Source: Candidatus Fermentibacteraceae bacterium
GTDB lineage: Bacteria > Fermentibacterota > Fermentibacteria > Fermentibacterales > JCC-6
Reading direction: 5' to 3'
NCBI GenBank assembly: GCA_041686025.1
Contig: JAWLEP010000051.1
Span: 1-16,380, forward strand
DNA length: 16,380 nucleotides
Below the pieces are notes generated by a model. That model saw only the letters and a list, made by a program, of their open reading frames with translations, had not been told where the DNA came from and did not search any database. Shown here one piece after another: positions 1 through 6,619 of the stretch. Positions within the stretch are counted from its first letter, which is position 1. Every line of letters starts with the position of its first letter. The translations under genes and the position numbers were made by a program.

Positions 1-144
1 CCGCTCCTCCCACTCCGCGCCGCGCAGGCCGGCCCGGGCCGCCGCCACGTCGCCGCGGTGCTGGAGTGCCGTATCCACCGCACCCTCCAGGGTGACGGCA
101 ATGGATGAGGCCGCCATGATGACGGCCGCTGCCAATGACCTCAA
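1..144 (-). CDS. Probable TolC-family outer-membrane efflux protein, N-terminal part (runs off the left edge)
   Basis: Not in the ORF track. Manual translation from TTG at 144 gives MRSLAAAVIMAASSIAVTLEGAVDTALQHRGDVAAARAGLRGAEWEER, open to position 1. It has a signal-peptide-like start and the 'LTLEEAV..AL...P.L..A' pattern typical of TolC/OEP N-termini. It starts 1 nt after the TetR stop, with AGGGAGG upstream. Confidence 0.6.
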   Translation of the reverse strand, partial: MRSLAAAVIMAASSIAVTLEGAVDTALQHRGDVAAARAGLRGAEWEER

Positions 145-145
145 G

Positions 146-757
146 CTAGGCCTCCCTTCCGCTTCCTATGCCCCTGAATAGAATATCCGCCACCTCCCGG
201 CGGGACGGCAGGGCCGTGGAGACATCGTCCCGGGCCGTCTCCAGGAGGTAGGTCCTGACCACGGACATGAGCACCTCAGAGGCCAGGCGCGTATTCAAAC
301 CCTCTCTGAGCTCGCCCCGTTCCTTCCCCTGGCTCAGCAGCTCGGAGATCAGACCCAGCAGATGCTCCATACGCTCCCGCATCCACGGGAACATCGACCG
401 CAGCGCGGGGTCCATGGTGAAAGCCAGGTTCACCCTGGCCACCCGTGTGCCGGTATGCTCCGAGTAGAGTATGCCGTCCAGCAGCCTCTCCAGAGCCTCC
501 CTCACGCTGATGGAGGAATCCAGCTCCCGCAGCAGCAGGGATTCCAGCTCGGACATCACCTGCTTCAGCATGGCGTCGAACAGCCCCTTCTTGCTGCCGA
601 AGTGGTAGTAGAGGGTGGGCTTGGTCACTCCGCACGACTCCGCCACCCTTCTCATGGATATGGAGGCGTAGCCGGCGGCGGAGAGCTCCTCCAGGCCTGC
701 CTCCAGTATACGCTGGCGGGTGTCCCGCCGCTCATGGCCGCGCAAGGGCTCCTTCAC
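146..757 (-). CDS. TetR/AcrR family transcriptional regulator
   Basis: N-terminal HTH 'TRQRILEAGLEELSAAGYASISMRRVAESCGVTKPTLYYHFGSKKGLF'; C-terminal 'LLSQGKERGELR'; 203 aa, GTG start. Confidence 0.95.
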   Translation of the reverse strand: MKEPLRGHERRDTRQRILEAGLEELSAAGYASISMRRVAESCGVTKPTLYYHFGSKKGLFDAMLKQVMSELESLLLRELDSSISVREALERLLDGILYSEHTGTRVARVNLAFTMDPALRSMFPWMRERMEHLLGLISELLSQGKERGELREGLNTRLASEVLMSVVRTYLLETARDDVSTALPSRREVADILFRGIGSGREA

Positions 758-777
758 ACTCCTTCCTGCAGGTAGTT

Positions 778-805
778 AGCATAAGTGCCGAGGTGGGGTG
801 GTCAA
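778..805 (-). promoter_or_regulatory. Putative sigma70 promoter for tetR-tolC
   Basis: On the minus strand, TTGACC (800-805), 16 bp spacer, TATGCT (778-783), about 20 nt upstream of the tetR start. Confidence 0.5.
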
Positions 806-831
806 GTTGCCCCCCCGCAGGCCCGTAATCG

Positions 832-860
832 TTGACTTCCCGCAGGCATCCTGCCATCAT
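832..860 (+). promoter_or_regulatory. Putative sigma70 promoter for the vor operon
   Basis: TTGACT (832-837), 17 bp spacer, CATCAT (855-860) with an extended -10 TG at 852-853. SD GGAGGAGG at 907-914. Confidence 0.45.
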
Positions 861-920
861 AGGAAGCCATATTTTCCATGATTAACGCACTATCGAAAAC
901 TGCCATGGAGGAGGTTCAAC

Positions 921-1169
921 GTGAGCGGTACACCCGAGTACCCGTTCCCCGAGATCGACTCCGAGGAGTGCAAGGGCTGCCACCTGTGCGTGAAAGCATG
1001 CCCCAAGCAGGTCCTCGAGGTCTCGGAGGAGCTCAACTCTAAGGGCTATCACTACGCCCAGTACAAGGGAGAGGGCTGCATCGGCTGCGGCTTCTGCTTC
1101 TACGTCTGCCCGGAGCCGGGCGCGGTTACCGTCTACCTCAAGGGCTACGAAGCCGGGGAGGTGAGCTAG
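921..1169 (+). CDS. 2[4Fe-4S] ferredoxin, delta-type subunit of 2-oxoacid:ferredoxin oxidoreductase (VorC-like)
   Basis: Two CxxCxxCxxxCP motifs ([24 protein letters not shown]), '[10 protein letters not shown]' linker typical of OFOR delta subunits, strong SD, and position directly upstream of the alpha subunit. Confidence 0.92.
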   Translation: MSGTPEYPFPEIDSEECKGCHLCVKACPKQVLEVSEELNSKGYHYAQYKGEGCIGCGFCFYVCPEPGAVTVYLKGYEAGEVS

Positions 1170-1170
1170 G

Positions 1171-2223
1171 ATGGCCAGAAAGCTGATGAAGGGAAACCAC
1201 GCCGCAGTCTATGGCGCCGTGCTAGCCGGCTGCGAGGCCTACTACGGCTACCCGATAACTCCGGCCAGCGAGATCGCCGAGAAGGCGTCCGAGATGATGC
1301 CCAAGCTGGGCCGCACCTTCCTGCAGGCCGAGAGCGAGGTGGCGGCCATGAACATGGTCTACGGCGCCTCGGGCTCGGGCAAGAGGGTCATGACGGCCAG
1401 CTCCGGGCCGGGGATCAGCCTCAAGCAGGAGGCGCTGTCCTACTGTGCGGGAAGTGAGCTCCCCTGCGTGATCGTGGACATCATGCGCGGAGGCCCGGGC
1501 CTGGGCAACATCGGCCCCGAGCAGGGGGACTACAACCAGGTGGTGAAGGGTGGAGGTCACGGCAACTACCGCAGCATAGTGGTGGCCCCGGACTCCGCTC
1601 AGGAGATGTGTGACCTCACCATCCTGGCCTTCGAGCTGGCGGACAGGTACCGCACGCCGGCATTCGTCCTCACCGACGGGGTCATCGGTCAGATGATGGA
1701 GGCGGTTGAGGTCCCCGAGCCGGTGGCGGAGCTGCCGGACAAGAGCGACTGGGCCGTGCACGGGACTCCCGACACCAAGAACCTGATCAACTCCATCTAC
1801 CTCGACCACGACGAGCTGGAGGAGTGGAACAGGCACCTGCAGGAGAAGTACCGGACCATAGAGGAGAACGAGGTCCGGGTGGAGCGCTACATGATGGACG
1901 ATGCCGAGTACGTGGGCATCGGCTACGGCAGCGCCAGCCGGGTCATCCGCACCGCGGTGGACATGGCCCGCCAGCAGGGCATCAAGCTGGGCCTGCTGCG
2001 TCCCATAACCCTGTTCCCCTTCCCCAGCAGGATAATAGCCGAGCTCCCCGAGAGGGGCGTAAAGGGCATCCTCACCGTGGAGATGTCCAACGGGCAGATG
2101 GTGGACGACGTCAACCTGGCCCTTGCCGGCAGGATGAGGTCCGACTTCCACGGACGCATGGGTGGAAACGTTCCTTCCGCATCCGAGCTTCTCGCGAAGT
2201 TCAAAGACCTGTACGGGGTGTAG
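1171..2223 (+). CDS. vorB: 2-oxoacid:ferredoxin oxidoreductase alpha-type subunit (3-methyl-2-oxobutanoate dehydrogenase VorB-like)
   Basis: Motifs [32 protein letters not shown] and [23 protein letters not shown], the last characteristic of the VorB clade; 350 aa. Confidence 0.9.
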   Translation: MARKLMKGNHAAVYGAVLAGCEAYYGYPITPASEIAEKASEMMPKLGRTFLQAESEVAAMNMVYGASGSGKRVMTASSGPGISLKQEALSYCAGSELPCVIVDIMRGGPGLGNIGPEQGDYNQVVKGGGHGNYRSIVVAPDSAQEMCDLTILAFELADRYRTPAFVLTDGVIGQMMEAVEVPEPVAELPDKSDWAVHGTPDTKNLINSIYLDHDELEEWNRHLQEKYRTIEENEVRVERYMMDDAEYVGIGYGSASRVIRTAVDMARQQGIKLGLLRPITLFPFPSRIIAELPERGVKGILTVEMSNGQMVDDVNLALAGRMRSDFHGRMGGNVPSASELLAKFKDLYGV

Positions 2224-2225
2224 CC

Positions 2226-3662
2226 ATGGCTGACAAGAAGATACTGAGAAAGCCCAGGGGCTTCCTGGACGTCTACAAGCACAAGCCCGGGGCCGAGAAG
2301 GACCGCACGCACTACTGTCCCGGCTGCGGCCACGGGATACTGCACAAGCTGGTGGCCGAGGCCATGGAGGACCTGGAGATAGTGGACAACACCATCATGA
2401 TGAGCCCGGTGGGCTGCAGCGTGTTCGTCTACTACTACTTCGACACCGGCCATTTCCAGGTGGCCCACGGACGGGCCCCTGCGGTGGCCACGGCCGTCTC
2501 CCGCGCCAACCCCGACAGCGTGGTGATAAGCTACCAGGGCGACGGCGACCTGGCCGCCATCGGGGGCAACAACATCCTCCAGGCGGCCAACCGCGGCGAG
2601 AACATCGCCGTCTTCTTCGTTAACAACGCCATCTACGGGATGACCGGCGGCCAGATGGCCCCCACCACTCTGGAGGGCCAGAAGACCACCACGACGCCTT
2701 ACGGCCGCAACGCCAAGACCGACGGCTATCCCCTGCTGATGAGCGAGCTGATCTCGGGGCTGCACGCGCCGGTCTACGTCACCCGCACATCGCTGCACGA
2801 CTCCGCCAACATCCGCAAGACCCGCACTGCGGTCCGCAAGGCACTTCAGAACGCGAAGGAGAAGAAGGGATTCTCCTTCGTCGAGGTGCTCAGCATGTGC
2901 CCCAGCGGCTGGAAGACGGACGCGCCGCAGGCCCAGGAGTGGATCAGGGAGAAGATGCTGGAGGTGTTCCCTCTGGGGGTCTACAAGGACGTGTCCGACG
3001 AGGCCGGGACCATAGAGAGACCCACCCCGGTGCACGACCGGGACAAGGTCCTGGAGGCCCTGGGCGTCCTGGAGGAGGAGAGAGCCGACCTGGAGAGACC
3101 ACAGCCCGAGCCCGGTCTCGAGAACCCCTCCATTCGCATATCCGGCTTCGGCGGCCAGGGAGTGATGTCCACCGGCCAGGCCATAGCCACGGTGGGCATG
3201 CGCTACGGCTACAACGTATCCTGGCTCCCGTCCTACGGCCCGGAGATGCGGGGGGGAACCGCGAACTGCTCGGTGAAGGTCCAGGAGAACCAGATCGGCG
3301 CTCCCGAGGCCACGGACCCCAACCTGATCATCGCCATGAACAGGCCCAGCCTGGAGCGGTTCGAGAAGATCCTGCAGGAGAACGGGGCCATCATCTACAA
3401 CAGCACCCTGATAGAGGTGGAGCCCACCAGGGAGGACGCGAAGGTCTTCGCCGTCCCCATAACCGGCATAGCCGACGACCTGGGCAACACCAGGGTGCAG
3501 AGCATGGTGGGAGTGGGCGCCTTCACAGCCGTAACCGGCCTCTACGACATAGATGAGGTGGTTGCGCTTATGTCGGAGCTGTTCGCCCACAAGCCCAAGC
3601 TGGTGGACCTGAACCAGAAGGCGGTACAGGCCGGCTACGACTACGTGAAGGAGAACTTCTAG
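2226..3662 (+). CDS. vorA: 2-oxoacid:ferredoxin oxidoreductase fused beta (TPP-binding) + gamma subunit (VorA-like), 478 aa
   Basis: True start is ATG 2226 (MADKKIL), 2 nt after the alpha stop. Beta motifs: YCPGCGHG, SPVGC, AHGRAPAVA, YQGDGDLAAIG...NNAIYGMTGGQMAPTT, CPSGW. Gamma motifs: GFGGQGV, WLPSYGPEMRGGTANC, MNRPSL. Confidence 0.9.
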   Translation: MADKKILRKPRGFLDVYKHKPGAEKDRTHYCPGCGHGILHKLVAEAMEDLEIVDNTIMMSPVGCSVFVYYYFDTGHFQVAHGRAPAVATAVSRANPDSVVISYQGDGDLAAIGGNNILQAANRGENIAVFFVNNAIYGMTGGQMAPTTLEGQKTTTTPYGRNAKTDGYPLLMSELISGLHAPVYVTRTSLHDSANIRKTRTAVRKALQNAKEKKGFSFVEVLSMCPSGWKTDAPQAQEWIREKMLEVFPLGVYKDVSDEAGTIERPTPVHDRDKVLEALGVLEEERADLERPQPEPGLENPSIRISGFGGQGVMSTGQAIATVGMRYGYNVSWLPSYGPEMRGGTANCSVKVQENQIGAPEATDPNLIIAMNRPSLERFEKILQENGAIIYNSTLIEVEPTREDAKVFAVPITGIADDLGNTRVQSMVGVGAFTAVTGLYDIDEVVALMSELFAHKPKLVDLNQKAVQAGYDYVKENF

Positions 3663-3692
3663 GGTCGAAGCGCGGCAGACGGGGCAAGGGGA

Positions 3693-3725
3693 CGAGGGGG
3701 GCCGCCGGCCCCCCTCGCCGTTTGA
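3693..3725 (+). terminator. Probable intrinsic terminator after the vor operon
   Basis: Perfect 11-bp stem CGAGGGGGGCC (3693-3703) / GGCCCCCCTCG (3707-3717), followed by CCGTTTGA (short U tract). Confidence 0.6.
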
Positions 3726-3805
3726 CTGGCAGCGTCGGCGCGTTCTTATTCTATTCACTGTACATAGGCTTCCGAATACCCGGCCGCGCACAGAAGGGAA
3801 GAGAG

Positions 3806-4909
3806 ATGGGTCCATACAGAGTATTCCGGTTTTCGCCCCTCACCGTCCTGCTCCTGGTTGCCGTGCAGGCGTTCGCCTTCGGCTACGGCGACAGCGAAGC
3901 CGACGGCACCGTCCTGCCCGGGATCCATGCCGCTTCGGTAAGCCTGGTGGGCGCCAGGGCGGTGGGCTTCGGCGATGCGGCCTCGGTCTTCCTCAACCCC
4001 GCGGACATATACAGGGTGCCGGGACGCGTCCTCAACGTCTCTGGAGGCGGGGCGGTGGTGGGAGAGCTCATGGAGGACACCACCGGCAGGTACACCAGGA
4101 ACTACGGGGCGCTGGCCAACCTCTGCGTGGCCGCCAAGCTGGACCTCTCCCCGGGCATATCGGCAGCCGCGGGGCTGGCAAGGGTATCGGACTTCACCTA
4201 CGAGGGCATAAGGTACTTCTACGAGGACCCCTTCGAGCAGGACCTGCTCACGTCCTCGGAGAGCCAGCGGTCCTCCGGCGGCCTGTGGGAGGCCTCGCTG
4301 GGCTCGGCGTACAAGTACGGCCCCGTGATCCTGGGGGCATCCGGAGGCATCCGCTTCGGCTCGGCAAGCTACACCTTCACCACCACCGACTACATCGAGA
4401 GCACCCAGAGCGACTCCACCTGGGATCGGGACTTCGGCACCGACGGATGCTTCCATCTGGGGCTGATGGTGCCCTTCGGCCTCAGCCGGATCGGGGTCAG
4501 CTACGCGTCTGAGACCGACTGGTACGCCGACAGGCTGGCCATGGGGGGCATGATCTACACAGGCAGCGCCAACCTGGGAGCCTTCGGAGGGGAGCTGGAG
4601 CTGGCGAACACCTCGGGTGACACCGAGTACACCGGCAGGGTTTTCGGCCAGTACTCGCCCAGCCCCTCCTTTACCTTCCGCCTGGGGCTGTTCGTCACCC
4701 AGAGGCCGGAGATGGAAGAGTCCGAGAAGCTGGGCTTCTCCCTGGGCGGCAGCCTGGGGCTGGGCAGCGTCAGCCTGGACTTCGCCTACTCATGGAGCAA
4801 GGACGAGAGGGAGACCGACATCTTCCGCAACCCCACCAACGGCTACTACGTCTCCGACAAGCCCAGCATAGTCAGCGTGGGGCTGTCCTGGACCGGAGGC
4901 CGGGGCTAG
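3806..4909 (+). CDS. Outer-membrane beta-barrel protein, FadL/PorV-like (paralogue 1), 367 aa
   Basis: Likely start ATG 3806 after a purine-rich SD. Signal peptide ending VQAFA. N-terminal 'AASVSLVGARAVGFGDAASVFLNPA' resembles the FadL/PorV hatch motif (ARxxGMGxAxxAxxxDxxAxxxNPA). Alternating amphipathic Gly/aromatic strands follow. Confidence 0.7.
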   Translation: MGPYRVFRFSPLTVLLLVAVQAFAFGYGDSEADGTVLPGIHAASVSLVGARAVGFGDAASVFLNPADIYRVPGRVLNVSGGGAVVGELMEDTTGRYTRNYGALANLCVAAKLDLSPGISAAAGLARVSDFTYEGIRYFYEDPFEQDLLTSSESQRSSGGLWEASLGSAYKYGPVILGASGGIRFGSASYTFTTTDYIESTQSDSTWDRDFGTDGCFHLGLMVPFGLSRIGVSYASETDWYADRLAMGGMIYTGSANLGAFGGELELANTSGDTEYTGRVFGQYSPSPSFTFRLGLFVTQRPEMEESEKLGFSLGGSLGLGSVSLDFAYSWSKDERETDIFRNPTNGYYVSDKPSIVSVGLSWTGGRG

Positions 4910-5349
4910 AGCCAGGGACGGACCGACAGGGTGTAGGTCTGAATCTCTCCGGGGTCGAAGAAGAGCCCCATCTCCCGGTCCGCGGACTCGCGCGAGTCGG
5001 AGGCGTGGATCATGTTGTGCCCTACCGTGGTGGCGTAGTCCCCCCTGATCGTTCCCGGCGAGGCCTCTGCCGGATCCGTGTCGCCCACCATCCGCCTCAC
5101 CAGGGAGACCGCCCGCTCACCCTCCAGCACCATTATCACCGAGGGTGCGCTGGTGATGAAGGAGATGAGGTCCTCGAAGAAGGGCCTGCCCTCGTGCTCC
5201 CGGTAGTGGCGGCAGGCTGTCTCGTGGTCCACCGTCGTCATCTTCAGGGCCGTGATCTTCAGCCCGCGTCTCTCGAACCGGCTTATCAGCTGGCCCACCA
5301 GCTCCCGCTGGACCGCGTTGGGCTTGATGATCACAAGGGTCCGCTCCAT
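4906..5349 (-). CDS. ndk: Nucleoside diphosphate kinase
   Basis: MERTLVIIKPNAVQR, HYREHEGRPFF, GDTDPAEASPGTIRGD and catalytic NMIHASDS; SD GGAGG upstream; 147 aa. Confidence 0.98.
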   Translation of the reverse strand: MERTLVIIKPNAVQRELVGQLISRFERRGLKITALKMTTVDHETACRHYREHEGRPFFEDLISFITSAPSVIMVLEGERAVSLVRRMVGDTDPAEASPGTIRGDYATTVGHNMIHASDSRESADREMGLFFDPGEIQTYTLSVRPWL

Positions 5350-5402
5350 CGGTCACCTCCATGGCCTCTGTCCGCTGCCGCCAGTCTACCTGCGGGAGGG
5401 GA

Positions 5403-5431
5403 TTGTTACCATAATAGAAGATCGATAGATT
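5403..5431 (+). promoter_or_regulatory. Putative sigma70 promoter for barrel paralogue 2 and the PAS protein
   Basis: TTGTTA (5403-5408), 17 bp spacer, TAGATT (5426-5431), in the AT-rich divergent spacer. Confidence 0.4.
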
Positions 5432-5475
5432 CCGATTCGGTTTGTCAGGCAGTTTCCTAACCCATGGGGGCGAAG

Positions 5476-6582
5476 ATGTCCAGGACCCGCAGTCATCCAC
5501 TTCCCTTGTATCTCCTTTTTGCCGCTCTCGTCGCGCTGTGTCCCCGGGCCCGGGGCTACGGCTTCCATGATTCCCAGTCCAGGGGCACCCTGGTCCCCGG
5601 ATACGGCGTCGAGTCCATAGCGCAGAGCGGCTCCTGGACCTCAGTGGTGGACGGTCCGCTGGCCGCCCTGGCGAATCCGGCCCGGATAGAGGCCGAGGGA
5701 GGGAGGACCGGAATAACCGCCACCGGCGGCTTCCTCACCTGGAAGGAGGAGGTCCACCGCGACACCACCTCCAGCAGGCGAACCGACTGGCTGGCGACGT
5801 CCATGTCCCTGGGCGGCACCTTTGCTCTCTCCGGAGGCATGGATGCGGCGGTGGCAGTGGGCCGGGCAAGCGATTTCTCCTACCAGGGGGACCATGAGAT
5901 GCCCGAGGATCCCTTCGAGCCGGGAGCCACCGACAGCCTGGAGAGGCTGGAGGTCTCGGGGGCCCTCTACGAGGCGGCCGCCGGCGTCAGCTTCGACGGT
6001 CCCCTGGGCATCAGGCTGGGGGCCGGGTCCGGCCTGGTGTTCGGCGGGGCGGACTACGAGTACAGAATAGTGGCCAGGGAAGATCCCGACAGCCTGGCGC
6101 GGACGGAGAGCTGGAGCTGGACCCACGCCCGGCCCACGGGCCACGTGGGCATGAGCTACCGGGGGAGCCTGGGCCGGGTGTCCGCCGCCTACATCTCGGG
6201 CACGTCCCGCTTCACCACCCGCCTGGCCGCCTCCGCCCAGATTCTGGCCGAGCGCATCGGCCATACCCTGGTGGGCTTCGAGGCCGAGCTGCTTTCGCCT
6301 CTGGCCCGAAACGTCTTCGTGGGGCGGTACCACATGCAGATACCCCTGCGGAGCAGCATCAGCATGCTTACCGGCATGTCGTTCCGGGAGAGCCCGGACG
6401 CTTTCCGGACTTCCCTGGGGTTCTCCTTCGGCTGCATGCTCAACGTACATGACGTGGACGTGGGCCTCTGCCTGGACTGGCGGTCGAAGGATCGCCAGGG
6501 AAGCAGCTTTCCCGGCGAGGCTGCCGATCAGGTCTACGACTCCGGCACGATAGTGGCGGTGGAGATCAGCACGCTTCTCTAG
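5476..6582 (+). CDS. Outer-membrane beta-barrel protein, FadL/PorV-like (paralogue 2); start ATG 5476 or 5464
   Basis: Signal peptide (LYLLFAALVALCPRARG), 'VESIAQSGSWTSVVDGPLAALANPA' hatch-like motif, and colinear similarity to 3806-4909 (SDFxYxG...EDPFE, SGxLxEAxxG, LGAxxGxxFGxAxY). Confidence 0.7.
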   Translation: MSRTRSHPLPLYLLFAALVALCPRARGYGFHDSQSRGTLVPGYGVESIAQSGSWTSVVDGPLAALANPARIEAEGGRTGITATGGFLTWKEEVHRDTTSSRRTDWLATSMSLGGTFALSGGMDAAVAVGRASDFSYQGDHEMPEDPFEPGATDSLERLEVSGALYEAAAGVSFDGPLGIRLGAGSGLVFGGADYEYRIVAREDPDSLARTESWSWTHARPTGHVGMSYRGSLGRVSAAYISGTSRFTTRLAASAQILAERIGHTLVGFEAELLSPLARNVFVGRYHMQIPLRSSISMLTGMSFRESPDAFRTSLGFSFGCMLNVHDVDVGLCLDWRSKDRQGSSFPGEAADQVYDSGTIVAVEISTLL

Positions 6583-6619
6583 CGGGGAGAGTCAGTCTAC
6601 AGACAGGGAGGAATCGGCT

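Noticed and set aside
1824..2225. 134-aa N-terminal extension of the beta-gamma ORF in the ORF track
   Set aside because: It overlaps vorB in another frame and is Arg/Pro/Gly-rich shadow sequence. Homology begins at ATG 2226.
3722..3805. TTG start at 3722 for barrel 1, and a TTGACT-N19-TATTCT promoter
   Set aside because: The TTG lies in the terminator tail and would bury the signal peptide. The promoter spacing of 19 bp is too long to call with confidence.
5476..5560. Possible lipoprotein signal in barrel 2 (LVALC)
   Set aside because: Leu at -1 violates the lipobox. Cleavage after ARG aligns the mature N-terminus with paralogue 1.
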